This document shows, in pieces, positions 38,906 to 48,639 of a stretch of 64,000 bases of DNA. Position 1 is the first letter of the stretch. Each line of letters starts with the position of its first letter. Both the position numbers and the translations under genes were made by a program. The stretch covers positions 64,001 to 128,000 of the forward strand of contig CAZLEV010000002.1 in assembly GCA_964558645.1 (NCBI GenBank), written 5' to 3'. This DNA comes from an uncultured archaeon. GTDB lineage: Archaea > Asgardarchaeota > Thorarchaeia > Thorarchaeales > Thorarchaeaceae. A model generated the notes under the pieces. That model did no database searches. It was not told where the DNA came from and saw nothing but the letters and a program-made list of their open reading frames with translations.

Positions 38906-40360
38906 CTATTTCCATGCACGCAATCCTTTGAGGTTTTCTAGGGCTAGGTTCTTTATATCATCAGCGAGTCCTCCACGCGATTTGACTCTGTCGTAGAAGT
39001 TCCTCTTGACCTCGTCTGATATCTTTGCGTCACGAACTGCGAGAATGAATTCCCTTGTTGTTCTATTCAGAGGGTTGGGGTTCTCGGCCAGTTTCTCGTA
39101 CGCCTCATTGGATAGACTATTCCCATCATACTCGCAGGCAAAGGAATAGAACTTCTCACCTAGGGCCGAAGAGGCAGGATAGTACTGCTTCGCGGCTGCG
39201 TTGATCCATCTGACCTTCTCTTCTTCGTCAAGACTGTCAAATGCAGTTCTTAGTAATCCCGCAATGTTAGACCGGTTCTTGTAAGTGCGATTGTCCCCAA
39301 CCGGCTGAGAGAATACAGCTTCGGGCTTGAAGAAGTTGTCCGGTGTGGGAATGAGAGTCAAATTCAGCTCGTCAAATTGACCCGTCATCTCGAACACAGC
39401 CATCAGATTCTCAAACCATCTCTTAAGGCGTTCACAGTTTTCCCCATTGGCCTTCTTGATGGTACACTCAGCAAAGGCACCTTGCCAAGCTGCGAGTAGT
39501 ACATGAGAGGTAGGGGAAACCCGTGACATGGCTTCTCTCATCTCATAGAGAAACCAATCGTACGTGTTGGAAAAGCGGCTCCATTGTCCTGCAGAGGCTA
39601 TCCGTTCTAAATCGCTTGCGGCATCTTTCAGCCGTTCGATGATATTCATTCGTGTTTCCTCCCCGATAGGCGACTCGGTGGGGTGCCAATTTTGCAGTGC
39701 GTCTTTAGCGTAGTCAACAAACGCTATCCGCTCTAGGCGTTGTGTGATTTCTCTTGCAGTTCCTCGCAAAGCTGTGTCGACAATGATCAGAGGCCCAATT
39801 AAAACTGCAAGGGCTAGTATGAGCCAACTGAGGCCTAACAAGTATTCCCACAGAGCAATACTCCAGAGAATGAACAGGATGCCGACACCTGCTCGGCGCT
39901 TGAGTTTCCAGAGCATTTTCTGAACGACCAACGAGTCCATTGCACCCTCGACTATATTGAGTGTGCTTTCAGAAGTAGCAGTCCATGTTGGTTTGTACCA
40001 GTTTGTGACAACCTGGTCTATTGTGGCTACCAGACATTGGAGATCACTGTTGCACTCACGACTGTCCTTCCAGAAGAGTAATGCATCTCGCTTTGAACCG
40101 TACTTGGCCACTCCTTCGATCCACTTGTCAGCTGCCTTGTCAACATTGCTGATGAACAACAGAGCTGTGATGAGTCCAGTGCCTCCACCCAGGATAAGCA
40201 AGGTACTCAACGTGGCAGTTAGGACATCGTCGATCCCCGTTTCAAATAGAGTTGGGAGTAAATCCAGCAACAACGGTGTCAGTAATGCTGTCAAAGAGAA
40301 ACCGATGGCAGTATAAAATCCAATGTGGTCCTCGGATGATAGCATCTGGTTCAGTGACAA
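38906..40360 (-). CDS. Hypothetical 4TM protein with helical C-terminal domain
   Basis: Two TM hairpins then a soluble helical region; remote similarity to 29487-31514. Confidence 0.8.
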   Translation of the reverse strand: MSLNQMLSSEDHIGFYTAIGFSLTALLTPLLLDLLPTLFETGIDDVLTATLSTLLILGGGTGLITALLFISNVDKAADKWIEGVAKYGSKRDALLFWKDSRECNSDLQCLVATIDQVVTNWYKPTWTATSESTLNIVEGAMDSLVVQKMLWKLKRRAGVGILFILWSIALWEYLLGLSWLILALAVLIGPLIIVDTALRGTAREITQRLERIAFVDYAKDALQNWHPTESPIGEETRMNIIERLKDAASDLERIASAGQWSRFSNTYDWFLYEMREAMSRVSPTSHVLLAAWQGAFAECTIKKANGENCERLKRWFENLMAVFEMTGQFDELNLTLIPTPDNFFKPEAVFSQPVGDNRTYKNRSNIAGLLRTAFDSLDEEEKVRWINAAAKQYYPASSALGEKFYSFACEYDGNSLSNEAYEKLAENPNPLNRTTREFILAVRDAKISDEVKRNFYDRVKSRGGLADDIKNLALENLKGLRAWK

Positions 40361-40499
40361 TTTCGCATTCCCCGTGGTCCATTGTCCACGTTTCTGTTCA
40401 CGTCTTTAGGGGAGTTAAGCCAATTATGGTTTTCCATCGGAAGAAGGAACGTCTATGGTGCTTCTTCTCGATTCCTATGGAGGGGTAGTTTCACTCACA

Positions 40500-41036
40500 T
40501 TAGTCTATATGAAGCTCTTCATATCTTCTCATCAGATACCCCAATATCTTGTCGAGGATGACACTGCTTTCCGAGAGAAGGTCCATCTGATCGGTATCCT
40601 TGTAGCCTTTCTCACCATGGACCAAGTTGCATCGGACTTTATACAGCCACATCAAAAGGGTTCTGATAGCCTCTCTTGATTCATCTGAACTGATTGCCTC
40701 CTTAAGCTTCTTTGTGATTGGCAGTCCAGAAGGAGGTCTAGGCCAATACTCCTCTCGATAAATAGGAAGCATATTCAAGTATCGATCTAGACAAGGCCGT
40801 AGCAAGGAAATCAGTTCATCTGGGTCTTCTACCAGATCAATGGTAGCAATTGCTCGTGTAGAATCCCCGCTCGATAGATCAGCTCCTGGATATTTCGTCT
40901 TCTTGTATAGATTGTATAGGATATTGTAGGCTATAAAGACCGAAATGTACCTATTGAAGGCATCGACCTCTTGCTTGGCCTTATGTTGCCATTCCCTTAC
41001 TTTTCCAAGAAACATCTCTCGTTTTTTGTTCTCCAT
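40500..41036 (-). CDS. Apea-like HEPN domain protein
   Basis: DAFNRYISVFIAYNILY and LYKVRCNLVHGEK (RxxxxH). Start placed at MENKK 41036 (ORF track gives 41150). Confidence 0.75.
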   Translation of the reverse strand: MENKKREMFLGKVREWQHKAKQEVDAFNRYISVFIAYNILYNLYKKTKYPGADLSSGDSTRAIATIDLVEDPDELISLLRPCLDRYLNMLPIYREEYWPRPPSGLPITKKLKEAISSDESREAIRTLLMWLYKVRCNLVHGEKGYKDTDQMDLLSESSVILDKILGYLMRRYEELHID

Positions 41037-41256
41037 CTGAAATCCACTCCCCTGATATTGCCCACTTGGCGGACGTTGATACATCGTAACAGTATCCCGA
41101 CTTATAAAAGTGCCTTGCTGGCAATCATTGATTATCACATAATACGGCACCTACCCAATTCCCACCATGATAAAACTCAATGCCCGTGAAGCATCCGAAA
41201 CTAGGACCTACACAAACTATCTCAGGATTTTATTGAGAGTGGAGAAGTGAGTAGAT

Positions 41257-41279
41257 TAGCCGGTTCGACCGGATTCAAA
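41257..41279 (-). repeat. Possible highly degenerate att-like copy 5
   Basis: tagccggttcgaccggattcaaa; 15/23 to copy 1; intergenic, between divergent cargo genes. Confidence 0.35.
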
Positions 41280-41385
41280 GCCAGAGAGGCAAGGGAAATT
41301 GCCGATTGTGACTTCAAGCAGCAGGGAGAAGACTATCCGCGATAGAATAATACGTTCCCGTGTTATCTACTCATAGGCATTTCAA

Positions 41386-42225
41386 TTGAGGCTAACCACT
41401 AGACAGAGAAAGATGATTGAGAATCTTGAAAGAGGGGCAATAGTATGCCGAACTGGATTGCTCTCTAATCCCCTAGTTGGAAAACAGTCGAATTCTCTCG
41501 CGGATTCCATTATCTGTTTCGTTCACAACTATGCCCATGAACGACAGGGCGCCGCCCAAGGATACCGAACACTAGCGGCCCTCTCCGTTGAGAGGGAGAT
41601 TCCGCGGTCGTCCAGATACATCAAACCGTCGGATGTGAGAAGAGTTTGGGAAGTCTACAAGGAACTGGCTGGGAAGTACTTCCCCGATCTCTCACTCAAC
41701 CCCACGAACAATCCTATCAATGAAGACAAGGGTGTCCTGAGTGTTCTGTGTGAAGACAAGACTCCAAACCTTTACGGTCGTGTTACGAATCTTCTGACCC
41801 GCGGCGAAGCGAAAGCAGCGCATGATTTCATTAAACAGATTCGAGGTGTGGGAAACAAGATTGCCGCATTCTATCTTAGAGATATCGTATGCATTGAGAA
41901 AATCCCTGAAGATGAATTAGACACCATACACCTCATACAGCCTGTTGACACGTGGGTCCGACAAGCATATTCCGTGGTTATGGGAAAGAATCTGCCCCAA
42001 GACCAGATTGAAGCGATGAAGGATGTTGCAGATTTGTGCAAAGCAGCACAGTGTTCCCACGTAGAGTTCAATCAGGGAGCATGGGCCTGCGGTAGTCTGC
42101 TCGGCAAGGACATCTACCACCTACGGAGAATAGCAGAAGGATTTGATGACCGGATTCGAGAAAGCTTTGAAGAGGTAAAAAATCTCGCGAAAGGCATGGC
42201 AAAATACTTCGATACAGAGACCTAG
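41386..42225 (+). CDS. HhH-GPD superfamily DNA glycosylase-like protein
   Basis: HhH IKQIRGVGNKIAAFYLRD and catalytic-type QPVDTWVRQ. Confidence 0.7.
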   Translation: MRLTTRQRKMIENLERGAIVCRTGLLSNPLVGKQSNSLADSIICFVHNYAHERQGAAQGYRTLAALSVEREIPRSSRYIKPSDVRRVWEVYKELAGKYFPDLSLNPTNNPINEDKGVLSVLCEDKTPNLYGRVTNLLTRGEAKAAHDFIKQIRGVGNKIAAFYLRDIVCIEKIPEDELDTIHLIQPVDTWVRQAYSVVMGKNLPQDQIEAMKDVADLCKAAQCSHVEFNQGAWACGSLLGKDIYHLRRIAEGFDDRIRESFEEVKNLAKGMAKYFDTET

Positions 42226-42407
42226 AAATCCCGTCTACGTCGGTATTGACACGCCTAATCAGAAACCCGTTTGATATGGTGTCCACATCCGGTTATCTGT
42301 CCATCGGCATAGTCCTCATCCGGAGCGTAGCTCCAACCTCCATGAGGAACAGACATATCTGTCAAAGTCTACATCTGTGATTAACCGAGAGTTGGGGGTT
42401 CATCTGA

Positions 42408-43499
42408 ATGATCTCTACCCTTTTCTATAGGCCAGAGAGAAGAATCGAGGATATGCTAACCCATTGGTTTCTTGCCTTTCTTGACCGATTAGCTGAACAT
42501 CAATCCCCTGCTTGTAGGGATTTGTTCGAAGAACTGGGGTTCAAGCTCGGAGATAATTGGAAGAAGGATTTCAGAGTTGAAAGCCAAGTCAATATTGGAG
42601 AGGGGCGAAGAATCGATGGACTGATCACTGGTCAGAAATATGTTATCGGGTTTGAAAACAAGATAGATGACAAGCACAAAATGAGCCAGATTCGAGAGTA
42701 CTACAAACTACTCCATGAGAAACATGAGCAAGATTGTGCACTCCTGCTGACGTTCGACTGGAATACTCAAACAAGAAATGAGGTAGAAAAACTGATTCGA
42801 GCGGGAGAGGTCCCCGAAAAGGATGTGAGACTTGCGACTTGGCAAGACGTCCACCAAATTCTCATAGATATTGCAGAGAAAAGCCGCGGCACCGGGTTTG
42901 CCTCATTCCTGTGCCGTGAAATGGCCCGGGTATTGGAGAAAATGAAGATGAAATCATACACTGGAATCAACAAAGAACAGATAAAATCCTATTTTGATGT
43001 AAAGCAGAATCTTTCGGTGCTAGACCAACTAATTAGAGAATCGGTGAAGGCTAAGTTTGACTGGTTATTGGAAGGGAGCGGTTCGGATGGTAGTCTTACA
43101 AGAAAGAGAATCACATTTCCTTTCAGAAAGGGCGAGAAGAGCACGTTTCTTTTCTTTAGGTTGGGTGAGGACTCCCTTCACATTGGCGTTCGATGCCCTA
43201 GGCGGAGTACAGATCTCGAACGACTCAAGGAGAGATTGGATTATCGGTCCCTTCTGAACATACTAGAGAAGTCGAAGGAGTATGAGGTGTATGGTTTCGC
43301 GCCCGCATTGGACAAATCACATGGATATGAGGAGATTAGGCAGTTGGATGGCAAACCGAAACTGCATGATCGGCTCCAAGTTTCGAAAGAAGTGCGCCTC
43401 GAAGAAATGAGTAGAAAAGATTTCAAGGACCACATAAAAGACGAGATAGACTCATTGGAAGGTCTAGTCGTTTTTCTCCATCAAACACTCGTAGAATAG
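42408..43499 (+). CDS. PD-(D/E)XK nuclease family protein
   Basis: EDMLT..FLAFL, RIDGLI...IGFENKID...SQIREY, LATWQDV. Confidence 0.8.
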   Translation: MISTLFYRPERRIEDMLTHWFLAFLDRLAEHQSPACRDLFEELGFKLGDNWKKDFRVESQVNIGEGRRIDGLITGQKYVIGFENKIDDKHKMSQIREYYKLLHEKHEQDCALLLTFDWNTQTRNEVEKLIRAGEVPEKDVRLATWQDVHQILIDIAEKSRGTGFASFLCREMARVLEKMKMKSYTGINKEQIKSYFDVKQNLSVLDQLIRESVKAKFDWLLEGSGSDGSLTRKRITFPFRKGEKSTFLFFRLGEDSLHIGVRCPRRSTDLERLKERLDYRSLLNILEKSKEYEVYGFAPALDKSHGYEEIRQLDGKPKLHDRLQVSKEVRLEEMSRKDFKDHIKDEIDSLEGLVVFLHQTLVE

Positions 43500-44314
43500 A
43501 CAAACTAGGTCCAGACAGTCTAATGGTGAGCATACAGCTCAATCGTGAGCTGCACACCCTCCAGCCCCACTAAGTGCGACTGAATACCTCGAGAACAGTT
43601 CGCAGAATACTCTGCTCACCGTCGAGCCAATCGGCAATCCATCGGAGCGCCATCGCCGAATCTGTTTCCGAAGTCCAAATCCTGAAGCGAGCCTTGGCTT
43701 TGCCCAGGCCCAAGCGGCGCAGATGACTGCGTACTCCATAATTGACAACAATATTTCTAGAACGAATGCTGGAGTTATGTTAACTACAACCACTGTTCAT
43801 TTCTCGAGCCGCGTGCATGGTCAACAGAGGACTTGTAGCCGCTGCATCATCCCATCCATCATGGTAAGGATTCATTCGTAGAGCCACGATAAAAGAGCTA
43901 CTTGTACGTACTCTTCTACCAGGAGGTCTGGGACATCCATGTCCCAATGAAAAGGACTGGGCTAGCAACCTTTGCTCTGTTCTAGCTCGGGAGAAGAAGC
44001 AACACCGAAAATCTCCTTGATAGAGTTGTTGGAAAACGTGGAGCGCAACTGTATTTGTCAACTATGTTTTCGTTTCCGTGGAATAGTCGATTGTGTGACT
44101 AGGAAAGAAGCGTCCAAGATAGGTCCTGCTTCTATTCATTGACTCTAGAGGAGTTTCTATGCGAAAAGGATTTGAATGATGGCATAGACTAGCCGGTGAG
44201 ATTCCACCGAAGTAGTGAGGGATAGACTATTGACGGCAAGAGGCCAAAAAGCTGCTAAGAGAGATTCTAGAGGATTCCGACGATGAGTCGGTATCAACAA
44301 GTAGTCTTCTCAGA

Positions 44315-45283
44315 ATGGCCTTGAGAGCAGCCGAGCTGCTTGACCCAGAAAGCGATGAGCATGTTTGGATAGCGCTGGAACTCCAAGGCTATCCTCAAGG
44401 AGGTCTACTGAAAGAAGAAGACACTGTTCCGCCGAAATATCGAACCCCACTGTACAGGTGGGCCGATCTCTTGGCAAGTGGTCCAGAACCAAGAATAACC
44501 TACAGCCCGCCCGATTCAGACCTTCTAGAAAGGATACACCGGGCAAATGATGTCAGATCCATCACATTCTTAGTAAGTGAACCAATCGAGGTTCTTGAAG
44601 AGGCAAATACTCCTGTTTTTCGTTCGGATTCCATTGTTCAAGATGATGGTTTCAATAAGACAATCGTAACTTGGGTTGCGACCATGCCCGTGTATCGCAT
44701 GCAGAGTATCGTCAAGGCAGTCAGGTCACGAGTCCACGCTTTCGCACTCACAAAGCTCGTTTCTATCGAGTTCGGAGAAGCGACAAAGCATTTGCTTGAG
44801 GGAAGCAGAGTGTATGTTGCAGAGAAAATGGAAATCCTCAGCCCAGATTTGCTAAGGGAATTGCTTGAAACATTGGAGAAACAAGAGAGTGGAAGAACTG
44901 ACATCAACTCCAGAATAGTGGTTCAGAACTGCCTGACTTTCGTTCAGAGGATAACAGATATACTACTACGCGACAGCATGATTCCCGAGAGTGAATCAAG
45001 ACCCTCAACCGGCCAAACCCGAAACAAACTAAGCCTAATTCTTGCTTGGGCCAAAAAGAATAGTACCAAAAAGCTTGATGAAGAAAGAGAGTTGGTGAAA
45101 AGGACCTTCAATCACTTCTTCTTCTACTCGAAATCTCTTCAGAAAACAATCGATAAACAACGCCACAAGGATCCGATTCTCGTTAGCAAGGATGAAGTGG
45201 ACAGAATCCTCGTCTACCTCCTGACTTGGCTTGCCGACCTACTCAGAATATTAGACCACGCAAACTATGAATGGGAATCCTAG
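44315..45283 (+). CDS. AbiTii-domain protein
   Basis: (LLREILED..VSTSSLLR)MALRAAELL....HVWIALELQGYP....VPPKYR resembles the AbiTii N-terminal domain. Confidence 0.7.
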   Translation: MALRAAELLDPESDEHVWIALELQGYPQGGLLKEEDTVPPKYRTPLYRWADLLASGPEPRITYSPPDSDLLERIHRANDVRSITFLVSEPIEVLEEANTPVFRSDSIVQDDGFNKTIVTWVATMPVYRMQSIVKAVRSRVHAFALTKLVSIEFGEATKHLLEGSRVYVAEKMEILSPDLLRELLETLEKQESGRTDINSRIVVQNCLTFVQRITDILLRDSMIPESESRPSTGQTRNKLSLILAWAKKNSTKKLDEERELVKRTFNHFFFYSKSLQKTIDKQRHKDPILVSKDEVDRILVYLLTWLADLLRILDHANYEWES

Positions 45284-45542
45284 TAGACCTGCAACTGCTA
45301 AGTGAGATGCATGGCAACCAAATCTCTCAATCACGAAGCATACTCTGAAGAGGTATTCACCCGGGCTTTCTCATCGTCCGTTTGTAGTGCACAATCGACT
45401 CATAGACGCATTTCCCGCTCTATCACCCTGTTTGGGGTCTATGTTCCCTTACATTCCCCATCTGGATTCAGACCCGAAGTCGACAGGATGTCGTGAAACC
45501 AAGTTGAGTCCTTTCTTCCGCTTGATCTACACTCCAAAAGAA

Positions 45543-47015
45543 TCACATGTAGAATCTATAGCTTGTTCTTGGCTCTGTTCGAGTTTCCGATTCGGACAAA
45601 AGACCACCAACTGTTCTTGAGAAGCTCAGAGTTATTGGCTCCTTGAGGCAATAGGCGGCCGAGTTCCAGTTCATCTTTGTTAGTCCGAGGATATCTTCGC
45701 ATAGTGCTTGGTTAGGAGAATCTCCGACGTGCTGCAGTAGAGACAAAGGGCGAGGTGTAGAAGGGCCCCAATACTGTCCCATAAACGGCACATATCCCTT
45801 CGTGTAGAGATGTAATCGATTATCGGTCGTAACCGAGTAGGTTCCTCGAATCGGTGGATGATCACCTGCCCTTAGCAGGCGAAAGCCGGATCCTCCAACT
45901 GCAACTAGATCGGATTGCTCAACACTATCTAGAGCAGATAGAACTCCATCGGATTCCTCCTCGCTGAACTTGGAGCTCTTGTGAATGACTACCTTGTGAG
46001 GAGGATGTCCCTCCTGCCGCCTATATGTGTCCAAGACCTGTTCAAGAAGCCTCTTGGCACTCCCCCTCTTCAGGTGTGGTTGGCGATCAGACTCCTCCTT
46101 TCTTGCCTTGCCGCCCTTTAGCACTAAGCCCTCACCACGGTGAGAGAATACCTGAGCAACACTGGTCTTGAGATCTAGATTCGTCTTTGACTCATAGAAA
46201 GAGATGCCGACAAAACACGTTCCGATGGAGGCATTGGCCAGCCGCCACGGATGACCACCAGCCTTGTAACAAAACGCAACAGCCAGATTCCAAGCAACTG
46301 TACACATATCCTGAACATTTGTTCCTAGGAGCGTCGACGGTCTGATAACCTGAGTCGGAATGCCCAATTGCATTCCCTTGGACTTGATCACTCTCCACAT
46401 GGAGCTGAAATGAATCTCTTCAGCCTCCTCTGTCATTACCTCCTCAAGTGCTTCATACTCATCATGAGGGTCAGTCCTGACTTTCCGGCGTTTCTTGGCA
46501 ATTGGCCGGCCGAACCTATCCCAATATTTCGTACATTCTTCTTCGAACTCGGGAGGTAATGCGACGACTACAATCTGAGGTTTCGGCTCCCTTTCAGAGA
46601 AATTCTGCAATTTCTGCTCCAGACAGCCATATGCGAATCTTACTTTCCCGTCGAAGTCCTTCTTTTCACTCAGCTGCTTCAATTCCTTGGCCGTGATTAT
46701 CTGGCAATCGGTCGTACTACATTCGATAGAAAAACCAAGCGGCGAATCCATCGATAGACCCGGGAAGTCTGGCATGAAGCCTTTTGACGGAGGAGACCAA
46801 ATAGGACGCGCAAGTCGTCCTATCAGATTGAGTAGCAAGTCACTTGTTCTCTTGGAGCCAATGACCCCTAGAGAAATGCGCATGGGTATTTCGGTGCCAC
46901 GGGGTAGAATAGGACCAAACAAGCTCAGGCCCGTTCTCTGGTCGATACACCGGTTTCCTCCGCCAAAGAGAAGCTCAACATCGGGAACAATCCCGACTTC
47001 GCTAATTCCAGACAT
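45543..47015 (-). CDS. ago: Short prokaryotic Argonaute (MID-PIWI, catalytically inactive)
   Basis: GLSLFGP, LGVIG, PDFPG, IPTQVI, AWNLAVAFCYKAGGHPWRL, CFVGISFY, VVIHKSS, LTKMNWNS, PITL, C-terminal YRFYM. No N/PAZ domain; no DEDX tetrad. Start placed at ATG 47015. Confidence 0.93.
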   Translation of the reverse strand: MSGISEVGIVPDVELLFGGGNRCIDQRTGLSLFGPILPRGTEIPMRISLGVIGSKRTSDLLLNLIGRLARPIWSPPSKGFMPDFPGLSMDSPLGFSIECSTTDCQIITAKELKQLSEKKDFDGKVRFAYGCLEQKLQNFSEREPKPQIVVVALPPEFEEECTKYWDRFGRPIAKKRRKVRTDPHDEYEALEEVMTEEAEEIHFSSMWRVIKSKGMQLGIPTQVIRPSTLLGTNVQDMCTVAWNLAVAFCYKAGGHPWRLANASIGTCFVGISFYESKTNLDLKTSVAQVFSHRGEGLVLKGGKARKEESDRQPHLKRGSAKRLLEQVLDTYRRQEGHPPHKVVIHKSSKFSEEESDGVLSALDSVEQSDLVAVGGSGFRLLRAGDHPPIRGTYSVTTDNRLHLYTKGYVPFMGQYWGPSTPRPLSLLQHVGDSPNQALCEDILGLTKMNWNSAAYCLKEPITLSFSRTVGGLLSESETRTEPRTSYRFYM

Positions 47016-48540
47016 CGTCTTCTTCCTCCCCGCAACCAAATTCCTGTTCCGTGATTTGATGGTCGTCTACGTCAAAGCTGTATTCTTCGAGCGTTGGCTG
47101 CCTTGCATGATATAGATTACAGACCGGACGTCTGATACGCTCCGAAAGGCGTTTCTGAAAATCTTCAGGAATGCCGAAGCCGACTTGGCAGTCTACAGGA
47201 CTAGCATCGATTTGAATTGGAGGGCCCCCTGTGGCTATTTCCAGAGTGGGTTTTCCCCCTGAAACCAGATTCATCCAAAACATGAGGTCGAATAGAAGGC
47301 GTCTGTTACCGTGTCGAGCCCAAGCTCCGGATGACAACTTCGTCATCAGTCTTGCCTTTACACGATTCTGTCCATCTGTCGTGAAGTAGAATCCGGGCTG
47401 CAGCATTAGGTAGTACTCGTCACCCATCTGCATAAACCGCAGCGAAATCCCCTGATGTTTCCAGAAGGATTTCTTCTCCTTCGTAAGCACCCGTGTTATT
47501 CGTCGCGTTCCAGGCTTCCACTCACAATAGCACTCAAGTCCGTCATCAGACGGAAAGAAGAACATCGGTCGCCCCGACCTACTTCGTTTCCACATTCCAA
47601 GGGACTTAAGATGAGAGTATGCTGATTCATTCAGTAAGTGAGTGAGCCATCTCTTCTTCTCAGAAGTGTCGAAGACCTCGGTAATTGGTTTGAGCCAGAC
47701 CGTATTGTCCGATTTCGCCTCGGCCAATGGGTTTTCAGTTTTGTTCAAATCAGAGAAGGTTAGTATTCTTCGTTCCCGCAAAATGAAAGGGTCAGGTCGC
47801 TCACCTATATCCTCCAGCAAGTCCCTGGCCCATCTGTAGTCAGTTCTGGCAGCATAGATAGACGTGGGAAATTCTAGCACACCATAGAGGTTTGTTACAA
47901 GTGTTTCTTGAAGGGAGGGTATTTCGCCCATTCCAGATAGTGCATCTGCAATCTGCTTTGCCGGAAGAACCAAGCGGGAAAGGGTACTCTGGACAAGCCT
48001 ATTGTCTGACTGAATGAACCGGTCTATTGTCAGAATATCCCCGCAATACACTTCGGATCTTGAAATGAATGACTTCAGGACATCAATATCCAGACCGGAG
48101 AGAGCTTCTGCAGCGGCCTTGTCTTCGCTCCTTGTATTCTTCTGAAGCACTTCTACCGCTCTTCCAAGCAAACCAAGTGCCTCATCCCAGTCGTAGTTCT
48201 CGAATACCTTCTCAAGGAGTTCGTGGTTTGAGAAGGACCGAGCGAAGTATATGAAGCGGAATCGATCTTCAGGCAGGAGCTTGGAGAACTTGAACAGTTG
48301 ACGTCCGAATGGAAGGAGGAAAGTTTCTGAGAAGGGTGAAACTCGCGTATTCTTGCATTCGACTAGGACCTTAGTGTCCTGTCTATCTAGGAAGATGATA
48401 TCTTCGTATGACCCTTCTATCGGGGATTCTACTATCTTAAGAAGCCCTTTCTGTTCCAAGAAACGAGAAACAGCATGGCGGTATTGTTCACCACTGTAAT
48501 GTTGCGCTTCCCGTCCCTTTCCCAGAGTGTAGAAGCCCAA
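47002..48540 (-). CDS. PD-(D/E)XK nuclease-APAZ effector partner of short pAgo
   Basis: N-terminal EDIIFLD...VLVECKN. C-terminal APAZ-like ETLVTNL, ILTFSDL, LTHLLN, WKHQGISLRF, YLMLQPGFYFTTDG, N..LLFDLMFW. Overlaps the ago start. Confidence 0.85.
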   Translation of the reverse strand: MGFYTLGKGREAQHYSGEQYRHAVSRFLEQKGLLKIVESPIEGSYEDIIFLDRQDTKVLVECKNTRVSPFSETFLLPFGRQLFKFSKLLPEDRFRFIYFARSFSNHELLEKVFENYDWDEALGLLGRAVEVLQKNTRSEDKAAAEALSGLDIDVLKSFISRSEVYCGDILTIDRFIQSDNRLVQSTLSRLVLPAKQIADALSGMGEIPSLQETLVTNLYGVLEFPTSIYAARTDYRWARDLLEDIGERPDPFILRERRILTFSDLNKTENPLAEAKSDNTVWLKPITEVFDTSEKKRWLTHLLNESAYSHLKSLGMWKRSRSGRPMFFFPSDDGLECYCEWKPGTRRITRVLTKEKKSFWKHQGISLRFMQMGDEYYLMLQPGFYFTTDGQNRVKARLMTKLSSGAWARHGNRRLLFDLMFWMNLVSGGKPTLEIATGGPPIQIDASPVDCQVGFGIPEDFQKRLSERIRRPVCNLYHARQPTLEEYSFDVDDHQITEQEFGCGEEEDDVWN

Positions 48541-48639
48541 TTCGTTACAACCCTCCGAGAGGAACAGATGGGGCCATGACTATATGAAGGTATGCCAAAG
48601 AGAGGCAGTTTCTAGAACATGCGCAACGTTCAATGCCCA

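Noticed and set aside
27642-41279. Repeats as a CRISPR array or as tRNA genes
   Set aside because: Spacing is kilobases and irregular, no cas genes are present, and each copy has only the T-loop-to-CCA part of a tRNA.
43500-44210. ORF-poor gap with 84 and 93 aa ORFs; weak repeat-like 'tagccggtgagattcc' near 44190
   Set aside because: All frames I read are interrupted and show no recognisable motif. It may be a decayed gene but cannot be supported, and the repeat match is too weak.
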